Below, piece by piece: positions 21,301 to 34,900 of a stretch of 64,000 nt of DNA. A program made the translations under genes and the position numbers. Origin of the DNA: Dudresnaya verticillata (lineage: Eukaryota). The stretch covers positions 868,001 to 932,000 of the forward strand of contig OZ374564.1 in the NCBI GenBank assembly GCA_977862235.1, given 5' to 3'. The first letter of the stretch is position 1, and every line of letters starts with the position of its first letter. Under the pieces are notes generated by a model that saw nothing but the letters and a program-made list of their open reading frames with translations, was not told the DNA's origin and did no database searches.

Positions 21301-23500
21301 TCATGAACTGGCATACAAGACGGTCAGAGTGATCGAAAACAAGCGTGTTGAGGCTGCTACAAAAGAACACGTATCAGAACACATCGCGCGTGTAAGTGCT
21401 GTAATGAAGCGCTACAATATCAAGGATCCTCGTCTTATATTCAATATCGACCAGTCCGGTACCTCCTTCGAGAAGATGACAGGGCGCCGCTGGAAGGGCT
21501 TTGGCCCTCGGCATGTTGCACTTATACATTCCCACATAAGAACAAAGGGAAATTTGGATTGTGTTACTTTTATGCCTGTTGCTTCGGCAGCTGGGGAAGC
21601 GTTTATGCCTGTTATTATTTATCCCGGAAAGCAAGCACACTATCAGAAGCTTACGAATGGATGCTACAGAACTCTAGAGATGGTACTTCCCGCCTGCTTT
21701 TTGTATCAAAGAGTTGTCCAGGTGTACACTCTGACATAATATTTGACTGGGCACAGAAGTTTGTGGAAGCGTTGCGCACCGTCCGTGATACACCGTGATA
21801 CACACACTGCAGTACGCACTGCTGGTCATATATGGCTATGCGTGCCATGTGCAGCTTCGCAGGCTACAGTTTTTCCACGAGAATCGTGTTGTGGTAACTG
21901 CCATGCCTTCCCACACTTCACATGTTTTGCAACCCTTGGATGTGTCCGACTTCTCTTCCTACAAGTCTCACCTTTAAAACGAAATACACAAAGTTGCACG
22001 GATGAAGAGGATTTTGGACGCATTCGACATCGGGCACTGTATTAAGTTGGCTTACTCTGCATCTCTTACAGCTTCGAGCACATGTAAGGGGTTTGAGAGA
22101 ACTGCAATTTGGGATCCTCGTAGCCTTTCGGCTAACATAGCCCCTCTTCAACACTTGTTTTCGGACAAGGAAAATGCGGATCCTGCTCAACCGTTGAGCC
22201 TAAAGCATCTTTGTTCATCGTTTCCTAACAGGGATCGGAGCCTGCTGCATGACGCCGACGTTGAGGACACTGCAACTATCCGAGTTAATACTCGCCCAGG
22301 TGCCCATCCAACATCCGAAAAGGTACTGCAGGCCTTGCAGCTGAAGGATGAGCGACGCAAAAAACAACGAAGCAGATGTCAACTAGCGATAAAGAGCAGC
22401 ACAAGGAGCCCGCGGCAGATGTAAGGCGTCTCGTTGAGCTAGCACCACATAGAGCCAGCCGTTTTAAGCGGCTCCGAAACACTCGGCACTTTACAAGAAT
22501 TCTTCGCGCCACACGTGCCGCGGCTGCCAACCTCGATAAGGAGGCTGCTACCAGAGTTCGCTACAATATAGCATGGAAAACACAGTGGGGTAGAGTACTT
22601 AGACTGCCAACTCCACAAGTAGCGCACAGTAGTACACGCCTTCCGTAGACGTCTTCGCGAATATCTCCAGAGAAATCTGGCAACGACAAGCTTCCGCAGC
22701 ACGACCAGCACATCCCATGAACGCGACGTAGTCGTCCATGACAGGGCGCCATGCGCCGAGAATGACCACACAAAACCACGCCTTGAAGCGCACTCCCTTC
22801 ACAATTCGCAGCCTCCAAAGCGTCCGCACTCCCCCACAGTTCCCCTTTGTCTCACAATAGCTCGGTACGTCCCCGTCTCCGTCGCCCCGTCACTGCAATA
22901 GAACACAGCCGACTTCCCATTCGTCACGAACTCGAACTGCTGTACACTGTCGTTGTTAAACCGCCAATTATCCGACCGCCGGCTATCTCTCGACAGCACA
23001 ATCCCATCACGCTCAACCACTTCGAAGTCCAGGTTATCGCGCGAGTTCCACGACACCTCTACCAGCGCTTCCAGGTTGATTGCGGGGAACGATGTGGCCA
23101 CAAACGACACGTGTGGCCCAACACGCTGTCGCTCCCCCACTCCGCAACAGTTTTCCTGCCGCCCTTCCTCACGCGCACCTCAAACTCGGCCACAGGCAGC
23201 ATGACGCACAAGTAGTCCAAAAACATCTCCTTTCACGAACAGCCTCTTCCACCCCACGCCCTATAATTTCCCGAACGGCAGCTTGAACACCTTGAAGAAG
23301 CCGCTCGATAGAACGCCGGATCGAGCCCATCAAGCGTGTAGTCCGACAGGGCGAAGAAGCGGCCGCGTCCTGTGCCACACACACGGACGCCGACACGGAC
23401 GCCTCGTGCACGCGCTTTATCCTGAGCAGCTTTTAGTTTCCCACGCGGCAAAGCCCCGCTCTCAGCGCCTTGTTTGGCTCGCACACCAGTAAGCGCACGC
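18355..23500 (-). pseudogene. Heavily decayed long coding region, possibly CxC/KDZ-type transposase, interrupted by a pogo-like element
   Basis: A run of minus-strand Cys/aromatic-rich fragments. The hand-translated pieces MLESSLNLFGSTLER and AYIFIRCFPHFLSGINTLFD loosely resemble KDZ core motifs. Weak. Confidence 0.25.
20834..22440 (+). pseudogene. pogo/Fot1-like (HTH + CENP-B + DDE_1) transposase pseudogene
   Basis: LASKYNITRT HTH, FKNNTPSQS*VDQF, IFNIDQSG, ASAAGEAFMPVIIYPGK, LVIYGYACH, MPSHTSHVLQPLDVSDFSSYK, GFERTAIWD. Multiple stops. TIRs not resolved. Confidence 0.85.
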
Positions 23501-23873
23501 TGGCCGGCTTCGGCGTTAGTGCCACGTCGCAGAAGCGGAACTTATACTTGACGACGCATTGCGCAGAGAAATACCGTGCGGTTCCGAAAAGGACCACTAC
23601 GCAACAGCCAGGCCGAGCCCTCAGCGTCCGCGGCGGTTCAGCTCGCGCGCGCGCGCGCCCAAGTCGTCTGGACCGGAAGTCTGGCTTTGGTTCGTGAACG
23701 GCACCTGCGGAAGTATACGGCTCGAATCGAGCACAATACCTCGTTCTCATGCTCAGATTTTTATATATTGTGGCTGGGCCAAATTGTCCCGCATTATCCA
23801 AATGTCCAAATTCCGGCGCATGGGTTGGTGTCCTGGAGGGCGTGTAACCACTCCCCCTTATATCATGTAGATA

Positions 23874-25223
23874 CAGTACCGCCAATATATATAGCACCAC
23901 CCCCCTAAATGGGCATGCGTCAAAAGCAACATTGATTAACAAAAAAGCGGCTACTGTACAGAACAGTACAGTAAATGGCCCGAGAAGCCCGAATCTGCAA
24001 TTCATTTCATCGAGTCTTTATTGGTTCAAAAGTTATCTAAAGACTCCAAGATATGGGGTGTCTCTAATTAAAGACTACAACGTAATGTAGCACACAACAC
24101 GGCGAACTAATACTTCGTGGGACCTCCCTTGGCAAAGGCACAGTCAAAGCAACGCTTCTGCATGCTCGCCACGAGGTTATCTAGTGTTTCTGCCTCAATG
24201 GCGTCCCAAGAATGCATAACACAGTCAAGGAGCTCATCAGTGTTAGAAAACTGTCGTTGGTGGGCGTGTTCCTTCCTTGCAAGAATCGCCCAGAGATTCT
24301 CGATGGGGTTGAGATCTGGGCTTTTCGCTGGCCAATCCATTACAGGCACCTCCTCCTCTTCAAACCACTCCATAACGCAATGTGCACGATGTATCGAAGC
24401 GTCACCTTGCATAAAAGTCCAGCTCGAGCCCAATTCCTGGTCTGCAAAGGGAAGTAGATAGCTCTCCAGTGTGTGTATGTACTTGTCCTGATTCTGCTTG
24501 CCATCAAACACCACCAGTTCGCACTTTTTGCTCCCACAGAAGGCTCCCCACACCATCACCGAGTCCCCACCCTGCTGTCGTTTAGAGAATATTCTTCTTT
24601 CAGTTCGAAGGTCGTGCCAATAGTACGCAAAGCGGTCTGGTCCGTCGAGGTTAAACTTCTTCTCGTCGAACCAGACGACATTGCGCCAGTCTGCGGGGTT
24701 CCATGTCACTTTCTCCCGTGCCCAAGCTTCTTGAGCCACCTTATCTCGCGGAAGAATCATTGGAGCTCGCTGCATGCACATATACTTCAGCGTGGGAGTC
24801 GCGTTGAGTATTGCGCGAACCCTACTTCCCTTGATTGGAAAATTGAGCTCCTTCACGAGCTCCCTCGAACTCAAAACGCCCTTGTGGGCTTCGCGCGGAA
24901 GACCGCGTTTGGCCTGCGGGGTGAGTTTCGGCTTTCTTCCGGACCGTTTGAGTTTGCCATAGAGATCTGGGGCTTTGATGAAGACCCCTACGACCTTTGC
25001 CGATCGCTTGCGATGCCCTGCGATGCGCCTGATTGACCACTTGGCATCGCGGAGAGCCGAAATCTTGGACTTCTCATCGGCGGTGAGTACCTTCCCCCTT
25101 GCAGATTCGGGCTTCTCGGGCCATTTACTGTACTGTTCTGTATAGTAGGCGCTTTTTTGTTAATCAATGTTGGTTTCGACGCATGCCCATTTAGGGGGGT
25201 GGTGCTATATATTGGCGGTACTG
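23874..25223 (-). mobile_element. Tc1/mariner (Tc3-like) DNA transposon, ~126-bp TIRs, TA TSD
   Basis: TIRs CAGTACCGCCAATAT... at 23874-24000 and 25099-25223, flanked by TA at 23872-23873 and 25224-25225. Confidence 0.95.
24107..25124 (-). pseudogene. Tc3-like transposase, probably inactivated
   Basis: WFDEKKFNLDGPD, VMVWGAF, FMQGDASIH (canonical QDNA altered), WPAKSPDLNPIENLW. The frame extends upstream through GKVLTADEKSKI..SGRKPKLT. The ATG at 25124 is off-frame by one base in a G5 run. Confidence 0.85.
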
Positions 25224-26074
25224 TACCTACCTGCCTTTGTCCACTCCGAGATGTCATTTATATGCTTCATACGAGGTTTAAATGGGCGCGATTGGACACT
25301 TTAAACAGACGTTATGGGCTTCGCAGTGCCGCATTTGGTGCAAATAAAAGATTGTCCCGGATTTGCATGTAAACGGTTACCGGGCAACCCTGCTCCCAGA
25401 AGGCCATGACCAAAACATAACGTGAGTTATACAAAACATACTGTACGAGGAATTAAAAAGCGGCACGAGCTGCCGGCTCTGTAAAATCTGGCATGGGCGC
25501 TGGGCGCTGGCATGAATAAGTACATGGCGGGCGCAGTAGCGCATTCGGCGTTGGGTACGGTTAACGAACGACCAGGACACTGCCTGGGCGCAGTGGCGAA
25601 TGTGACACTGACGCGATGCGCAGGCATAGCTAAGTGCAATGGAGGCACTGTTCTGTGACAACAGCGCATGGGGGCCTGGGCGCGCGGGGCGCAGGTATAG
25701 TTAAGTGCAATGTGGGCGCAGTAGCGCACGGGGGCCAGGGCGCGTGGTGCGCAGGCGCGGCTAGGTAATTTCTGGGCGCAGTCGCCCACGGGGGCCTGGA
25801 TGCGGGACGGAATTGGTCCGGGCAGTGCACCCAGAGACTAGCGCACAGCGCCTGGGAGCGCGAAGGAAGCGGCGAGGACAGTGCGTGGGCGCATCATCGA
25901 CAGCCCTGGGTCGGGGCGATCTCTGGGCGCAGAGCGCGCGTGGCCCTGGTTGCGGTGCCAGAACGGGGCTGGCGTGGGGCCAGGACAATTTCTAGAAAGA
26001 TTTTGAGGAAGGACAGGGGCGGCCCAGGGCCGGGCCGGGGGCGTGGGAAAATTCGGATTAAAATTGGTTGCAAA

Positions 26075-26203
26075 AATTACGAAAGTTGGAAAGTTTCGCG
26101 AAAGTTTCCGAACGTTTTGGCCGCACGGCGAAAAGCACGGAAACTGCTATAACTTTCAAAGGACACTTTCGTTTACAAAACGGTGTTCACCACTAAACGC
26201 AGC
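26075..26203. other. Probable DNA-transposon subterminal motif block (copy 2)
   Basis: GAAAGTT repeats, then TGCTATAACT..CAAAACGG..CACCA..CAGC. Preceded by a GC-rich tract, as in copy 1. Confidence 0.45.
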
Positions 26204-28954
26204 GCACACTCCCCGTTCCTACGCACTAAAGAAATATCTGTTCTGAAAAATTCTGTGGGGCACGAAATGTTCTGCTACATCGGAAATCAGTGTTGTGGGT
26301 GTTGTTGCACTTGCAATTTGCGTTTCCACAACACTGAATGCAGTGGACCTTGATCAGACAAGGCATAGAGCAATCAAACCAAGTTTTTGCATGCACAACG
26401 AGATATATTTCTGTATCGATCGATAATAAAACCTCGTATGCCTGTATTAAACGGGTACGATAAAAAAAGGGTACTGATTTCCATGGAATATGAGCCGTTT
26501 TGGTCTGCTAGCTTGAGTCCGGCTTCTGGCTGAAAACTAGCGTCTGAGAAGAATTGTTGCGGAAGGTGCCAGCTAGATGGTTCAGTGATGATTTCCCGCA
26601 CGGAAATTCGACCATCTACCGACTCTTCCTGTTGCTTTTACTGTAGGTGGTGATACATTGCAGATATTGACCAGAGAATAACAATCAATTGTGAAACGGT
26701 AGCACGAGGGTCGGAAATCTCGGTCGAGATTACTTCGAACCAATGATCGTGCAAGGGCTCACTTTCCAGCAATGAAAATATGAATGGGTAAGCATTACTG
26801 ATTCGACTCCTACTCCAGCGGGCAATACCAACCACGAGTGCCCGGGACACGGACGAACTCGTGATCGCGATACTATTGCGAAATGGTGCACTGCATGCAG
26901 CTTCTATAGCAGTGAGTGCTGGAGATGGTGTTCTGGAGTACTGCCTGTGCATGCATGCGCCATGGCGCGATGCGAGGCTACCTTTAAGTGTAACGCAGGT
27001 AACAATACCAATGCGGGCATCCAGATATGCTGCGTTTTATTGGGTAGACTACAGTACAAACCACCCCATTCTTGGTGGGAATCTCTGTGATCTGTTTTGA
27101 AATCTCATCTTGGAACCTCTTAGAATGCTACCATGATGAAGAGCCTTACCCGTATTTTTATCGAAAGGACATAAGTTGCCGTCTTCAGATCTGTAGTTGT
27201 GATATATTGATATTATTCTAACACTATCACCCATTTCCATCCATTAGGCCGCAGCCGACCTCAGTGACTTTTCCATCATAATCGTATTGGACTGCTTTAT
27301 GCAGAGCTTCACCAGAATCCAGCTATCTCCATGTCCAATCTGTGCCATGCCGATGACAACATATAGCTGCAATTGGGCACCATTCTTGGAAGTGTAACAA
27401 AACATCTTATCAGTCGTCTCTCCTGGAAGTATTAGAGCTTGAATGGGTTTATTTGGGCGTATTACATTATAAACACCGACCGAGGAGATGTTGTTTCTGT
27501 CTTCTGGGTCCGACTGGACTCTTTTACAAGTATTAAACAGCGTCAGCTCCGATTGCACGACTTCGTGCCCGTGAATTGTAGGGTACCACTCTCGAAGGCA
27601 AGATATGCAGCTTTCAACGATAGCATTCACTTTCTCCCGTGCATCGACAATATATGTACATTCAATAGCCCTTTGGTTGATGAAGTTCCATATTGAAGCA
27701 TTCGGAGACAAGAAGTGGGACACCAGTGAACTTCCCTTCAAGAGCCTCTTGACTGGTACAGAAAGTTGAACATTGAGGCAGTTGTCAATTTTCGCAATTG
27801 TCGCATGATGCTCGTCCTTCTGCTACAGCACCAACTTCCGTAGTTCTAGTCGAGCAACCTGCTTATCACTGCCTTCTTCAGATGTTAACTGCCTGGAGAC
27901 ATGGTCAAGACGACCTTGCCAGTCATTTACAATGCCGGGCTGAACTGCAGAGGCATGTGCCTTCCGGTAGTTCGATCAAGCGATACATCTCTTTAATGGC
28001 TGATGAGCATGTTCAAAAACAAGCTCGGTAAATTCTCGGACGTGCCCTATGATAGGGATGGAATGGAAATAGAGCTCCAGAAGCCTGTGTAGATTCGGTT
28101 TGTCGAGAAATCCTTTTATGTCGGGAAACTTGGAGCAAGCAGGATTCACTGATGATAAATAATCTTTCAGCATTGCCTGTAGCTCCTGGTGGTATATTGA
28201 GCGACCCGCGCCACAAACGAAACTCACAGCTCTTACTCCATCAACGTCTTGTTCAGGCCACCAGTACGTATAACCTAAAATGTTCCGAAGCTTCTCAAGT
28301 ACTTGCACGAGTCGTCGTGCAGGATATATTGCATTTCTAGAACGACTTCGTAAGGGTAGTATTCTGGCCATCACTTGGGAAGCGACGAAGAAGACAAAAA
28401 AGAGAATGGACAGGTTCATGCTGTTCATCTTCTTCAACAGTGGGTGGTGAACTCTCTTCTGCTTGAGTAAGCCGTTTTCGGGCAAGGAATGAACTATGTA
28501 TCTGTTGGCAACGAGCCGTAACCGTCTCGGAGATGAATAGAATATTGCGTCCATTATATTTTTGGCCAAACCGGACAGAAGGTGATCAGGGGCGACAAAG
28601 TTCGAGCGATAGGCATCAAATACTCCTAGAACGACGGGGATCCCCGAAATGGACCTTTAAACGAGATTTTGTACCTCCTCGATTCGTTTCTGTGGCATAG
28701 CTGTAAGACCAGCTGTGCCACGCACGCGCAGCTGTAAGACCAGCTGCGCCACGTGTGCACCGTTGTGCGCACGCTGTCAGCCGGTGGCGCCGAAGCCCCG
28801 CTGAACTGTAAGGGAGTGCGCAGTGGCGCCCACGTGTACACGCGTTCGCGTGTGACACTGAAACTCCCAGGTAATTTCTACGTTTATTGTTTTGTAAGTG
28901 TACAGCACCCTCTAGTGTAAGCGGCGGTCGAACGCCCTGCTGTCCCGCGCGCTG

Positions 28955-31900
28955 TGTTGAGGACATGGTCGCTGGCGCCTCACGTCACGGGTCAGGTACC
29001 CCAGATGGTACCCTGGCACGCTGTCACCAAACCTTCCGGAGACGACAGCCCTTTTTCCGGGCTTCCAAAATCACGGCGCATTTAGGCCTTTTGCAAAAGC
29101 AACGTGAAACGGGCTTCTGATTGGTTGTTACAAACCGCCTCCATGGTCTATATGGCTTACAAGTGTTGTGCTGGAATTGGCGGTTATAACAGGAACGGCC
29201 AAGTGGAACGATCTGATTGGACCACATGGATGCACGTGGTACGGCATGGAATGGTACTGGTATGACGCGCACTGTACTCCACAAGTACATATGAACGTGC
29301 CATGCAATGTGCTGATGGCGTCTGAGTTGGTACTGCAGGGACTTGCGCTACGTGGAGCCTGGCTTGTGATATCAGCAGATGCAGTTGTCGTGCGGCCAAC
29401 ACGTCGGTTTACAGTTGCCACGTAGCTGTCGTGCGGCCGACACGTTGGTTTACAGTTGCCACGTAGGTGTCGTGCGGCCGACACGTTGGTTTACAGCTGC
29501 CACGTAGGCAAATCTGGGTGATTACGTGGTCAATGATCCAAGTTGGATATTCATGGACGGACTTGAGCTGGTAAGTGCGGCCACGTGGTGTGCAGCGTTG
29601 TCCGACAGCAGCCATGCGGGGACACTCGATACTTTCGAGTTCCCGCCCAAAGTTGGAGTACATATGGATGGCAGGAAATGCGGTCGCAAGAGGGATTGCT
29701 GATGTCAGCAGTTAGCAACACTGGTGTGCAAGTTCCCGCCCATTTTGGTGGCGGATGTGAGTGTGCTGAGAGTATGATTTGGTAGATTTAATTGTTTTAC
29801 TTTTTCCCGCCCATTTGATGATAGGGATTTTGGGCGTTTCTTTAATGATTTGTTTTGTTTGTGTTCACGCAGCAACTCATCCGAAAAGCTGATATAAGCC
29901 TTGTCGGATGGTCGACTGCAGTAAACGAAGTCAAGCGACTTCCATTTCTCATCTTGTTCAACTTCAACCTCTCCATATTCCTTTTCAGGTTATGGGCCCA
30001 GAAGGTCGACCTACGCAGACTTCATCGCTTCGCTGCAACCTTCTTCCTTTTTCTTTTCATTCTTGATACTGTCCTGTCCCGTCCTGGCCTGTCCTGTCTG
30101 CTTGTGTCCTGTCCTGTCGGCTTGTGTCCTGTCCTGTCTGCTTGTTGTCTGTTGAAAGTGGTCCCTATCCCACTGTGTCGGCTTGTGTCTCTGATTTTGT
30201 GAGAGAGTTCTCGAGGCTCTCGTCCGCTGTTGTCTTGGTCCGTGAGCTTGCTGAGAGGTTGAGTGTTGTGCGTGGTGACTCTCGTTAAGTCAGGACCTCG
30301 TTGGCCTAGGGGAGCAGCCTCCAGTAAGATCCAGAACCTTGACACGGTTGGGCCTAGTTCCATTCCTGCAAGAGACTGGACCTGTTCGTGTGGTGAACAC
30401 TCGTTTTGAGTTAGTACCCATAAGGTGGACGTCTCGTAAGGATTGCATACTTCGTGTCTGTGTGCGGACGACACGAAAGGGCTGCTGAAAGACGCATTTC
30501 ACCCGGAGAATCATATCCGGGGGCCAGGAGTCCGACTCCTAGGGGTGACTAGGTAGAACCTGGTGCCAGAACATCCCGCGTCAAAAAGACGTTCAACTAT
30601 CAAGAATCAACTTTTCAACTTCAAGTTTCAACTTTTCTTCTTCAGTCCAGGTGATCCCATCATCACCTGAGAGTTTCATTACTCCAAGCGTGGGAGCTAC
30701 TTGGCAAAGTGTGCTCCGCTTGTGACTGTATTATATTACCGACGTGTTCGACACATTTCTCAGTTTCGTCGTCACGTCTTCGTTGTGTGAGCTGCACTGC
30801 TCTGTTTAGCACGACTATTACCCTCTGGGCATCGACACTGTTGCACTAACAGCACTGCCCCAAGTTCACCAAGTTTTCTAAAACTATTCAAGTTATCTCT
30901 TCCCAGCATCAGTCCCAACAGCGATGACTGATACCGAAGCCGAGATGGATACTTCCAGCGGGGTCAAGATACCCCGTTTCCACGGCAGGAGAGGTGACGA
31001 CTACAGTCTCTGGCGTCATCGCCTTCGTGCCGCATGCCGCATCAAAGGGGTTTGGAATGTTGTCCACACCTCAAACGACACACCGACCAGCTCACAGTCA
31101 ACTGGAGAGGCCTCAGCGGATACTTCCATTCTTCACGCCAGAACCTTGGCCAAACGTGAGAAGGCTTGCGGGATCATTATCTCCGCACTTGGTGATGCTC
31201 CGCTTCGTGTCGTTATGGAGGTTGATGATGACCCCAAACGCATGCTGGAGCTATTGGACTCGCGCTATGCGTCCAGTCGAACCGTATCCCGTATCGCCGT
31301 ACAGACCAAGCTATTCCGTATGACGTACACCGGTCAGAATATGTCCAACTATGTCGACCAGTACACGTCACTGTTCGCCCAACTCGACCGCATGGGCAAC
31401 GACTCGGCGATACCGGAGACACATAAGGCACCTATGCTGCTTGCTTCCATTGATCCGTCCTGCCACCTGGAGCCAACAGCTGCAGCTCTCCGCACCAAAG
31501 ATGCTGCTGAGCTGACTTGGGACTACGTCGCAACCACGCTGATCGATGAGTACAACGCCAAAGATTCTCATGGATCAAACGCAGGTGGGAGATCCAGTAA
31601 GTCGAAGAGTCGTCGGAAGAAGAAAAAGAAGTCCGCGTCGTCAGGTTCTCGCCAGCAACACAACCCGCTGGATGACAACGACGACTCCGATGACTCTTCT
31701 GATATTGAATCCACCGTCCGTGCGTTGGCGGTTGCACTCAAGTCCGCCAAGCAGGCTCACTCCACCCCGAACCGGCACCTTCACTGTGATGTTTGCGACA
31801 AGGATGGACACACCGCGGATCGATGCTATCTAAATCCGGAAAATCCTAACAACAAGCTTCCTCCAAAGGTGCGACAGATGTTCACCAACCAGGGCAAAAA

Positions 31901-34900
31901 GGGCAACGCCAACTCGGCGGTAGCTGCATCTGGTAAGAATAATGGTAAATCTGCAAAGGTAGAAATCGCCGGTGCATCGGTTGAGATGACTACTGTTGTT
32001 CCTCCGAACGACCAAGGAACGTATGCCGACAGTGGAGCAACGGTGCATTGCTTCCACTCAATGACTTCTTTTGTACCGAGCTCAGTATCGCGCTGCGAAA
32101 AGCGTACTGTAGTGCTTGCGGACAAGTCGTCTGTCACCTCGGACCTATGTGGAGATGTGATTCTGCCGTTTGAGCATGCCAATATTCGGCTCAAGAAGGC
32201 CCTCTTCATCCCGCAGATGGGATACAATCTTGTCTCTACTGGGCGTTTGGCAGATAAAGGAATTGAATCCCACTTTCGCCGCTTGGACGTGCGCTTGGTA
32301 CTCGACTCTGATGGGTACTATATTGGATCCGGTGTTCGCGATGCGAGTTCTGGAATGTACATGCTACCAGAACCCGAGCCGCACACTTCGGAGGAGCAAG
32401 TACTGGCTGTCCCCAGCACGCAGCAAACTACTGAGCTCTGGCATCGACGTCTTGCCCACATTAATTTTCGGGACTTGGCCAAAGTGCACGAGCATGTTGA
32501 GGGTGTTCCGGAGTTGGGCTCCACTCATGAAGTGTGTCGGGCTTGTAGACTTGGGAAAGCACACAAACAATCATTCCCAGGGCACTTCCGCCTGGCCAAA
32601 GCTGTCGGTGATCTCGTGCATTCCGACATTGTGGGTCCAATCCAGATCTCCTTTCCCGATCGTTTCCGGTATGCCACGACGTTTCTGGATGACAAATCCC
32701 GTTTCTTGGTCGTCGCATGTATGAGAAGTCGCCGTATGTTGAGTGCAGCATTTGATCAAGCTTCAGCAAAGTTTATCGAGCTTGGAGGAGCGGAAATAAC
32801 AAAACTACACTCAGACGGGGCTCAGGAGTATTTGGCTTTGCAGAAAGATTTGGGAGGAGTTGGAGACAGTGGCAAATCCTTCTCCCCACCTTATACTCCG
32901 GAGCTCAATGGAATCGCGGAAAGGGTGAACCGAACCATGGTGGAAGCTGCCCTGACTTTGCTGATCCAGGCTGATCTACCGGGATGTTTGTGGCCGTTTG
33001 CACTGAAGCATGTCAACTACTTGCGCAATCGGGTACCACACTCAACCGTTGGGGCTACGCCATACTCGGTCATGACAGGTGATGTTCCTGATTTAAAACA
33101 TTTAAGAGTGTTTGGATGTGCTGCATATGTCCTAAGGCTCCCACGCGGATCCAAGTTCGAGTCTCGTGCACTTGAGGGGGTGCACTTGGAGACTCTAGAG
33201 CATGGGATCTACAGGATATTGGTCACTGGCGGTGACGGTATACCTCGTGTGGTTGAGTCGCGGCATGTCACATTCGACGAGTCCAAATTCCCGGGTGCTC
33301 CAAGCCTGTTGGAATATGGGCACGACGAGGCAGATTCGGATGAAGATTACGAGTCTAACTCAGAGGCCTCTATTTTCAACTCGGACTCTGATGACGATGT
33401 GTCGCTGGGTAACTTTGAGGATGAAGAGGATGCGATTGAAGTTGACACACCTTCTTCACCTCCACTACCTCCATCAGAACCCAGCTCATTCGAATCTGAT
33501 GACACGGCTGAGGAAGAAAACGTCTCTGACAGTCCTCCGGCTGGTGTGAGTTCAGATCCAGAACGCCAGCAACAGAGTCGATATCCTCGTCGCCAACGTC
33601 GCCAGACGTCGAAATGGTTTATGGCGAGCTCTGCACAAGCTGAACAACAGGTTGCCCTCACAACGGGAGATGAGCCCACTCTTCGAGAGGCCATGTCTGC
33701 CACTCCGGAGGAGCGCGGGTTGTGGCAATCTGCCATTGATGATGAGTTCGCATCCTTGGAATCCAAAGGCACTTGGGTCCGTGATGACAGTCCCGATGCA
33801 CAGCCGCTTCCAACGCACGCCGTGCTGAAAGTTAAACGCAAGTCCGACGGGACGGTCGAGCGCTTCAAAGCGCGGGTCGTCGCTGGTGGAAACTTCCAGA
33901 CGTATGGTGAAGACTACATGGAAACATACGCCCCAGTTGTGTCGTTCTCGCTGGTGCGCATGTTCCTATACTTGGTACTGTGTTTGAACCTGTTTGTTGC
34001 ACAGCTAGACGTGAAGACAGCTTTCCTGAATGGTGATCTGGCAGAACACGTGTGGGTAATGTCACCGCGTGGGATTCCTGGAAGGGAATCTCTCTGTTAC
34101 AAACTTCTGAAGGCTATGTATGGGCTAAAACAGGCTCACCTAGCTTGGCACACCAAGCTGTGTGGTGACCTTGCTAGGATGATGTTTGAGGAATTGCCAA
34201 GTGCACCTTGCGTGTTTCGTCGCAAATCCAAGTCTTCTGGATACGCATACATCTTGGTGTACGTTGATGACTTGCTCATCCTCGCACCCACAAAGGCGGA
34301 GAGAGACGCCATTGTTAAGGAACTGCAGGGCCTCTACGATCTACGGCTGTCTGAAGGGGTTGACCTCTTCCTCGGAGTCGAGCTTGGATGGAAGCTAGAC
34401 TCTGATGGCAGATTTGTGTCCCTCAAGATGACTCAACAGGTCTACACGGAAAGTGTTCTTCGTCGATTTGGACTTCAGAACTCTAAGCCGGCTTGTACGC
34501 CGATGGTTGAGTCTTTCTTCACTGGACTTGCCGCCGAAGAGGACAAGGCCGTCGTGTCGGTTGAGACGTACCAGCAGATGATCGGGTCACTTCTGTACTT
34601 GGGGCTTCGCACAAGGCTGGACATTTTGGCCTCTGTGCTTATCCTCGCACGGTTCCAGAAGGCTCCAACTGCGTACTGTCACCGTGGTGTAAAGAGGGTT
34701 CTGCGATATCTTCGAGGCACTCACAAGCATGGAGTTACGTACCAGTCCGGAAGCACTCGTATCCAAGCTTATGTGGACGCTGACTATGCCGGTGACACCA
34801 CAGACCGAAAATCTATGTCTGGTTACATGGTGAAACTGGGAGATGCAGTGTGTATTTGGGGATCCAAGAAGCAGTCAACTGTTGCTCTCTCAACTTGCGA

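Noticed and set aside
20740..22600. TIRs for the pogo-like element
   Set aside because: Only a vague CCCCA..TTTTCC similarity; no convincing TIR or TA TSD.
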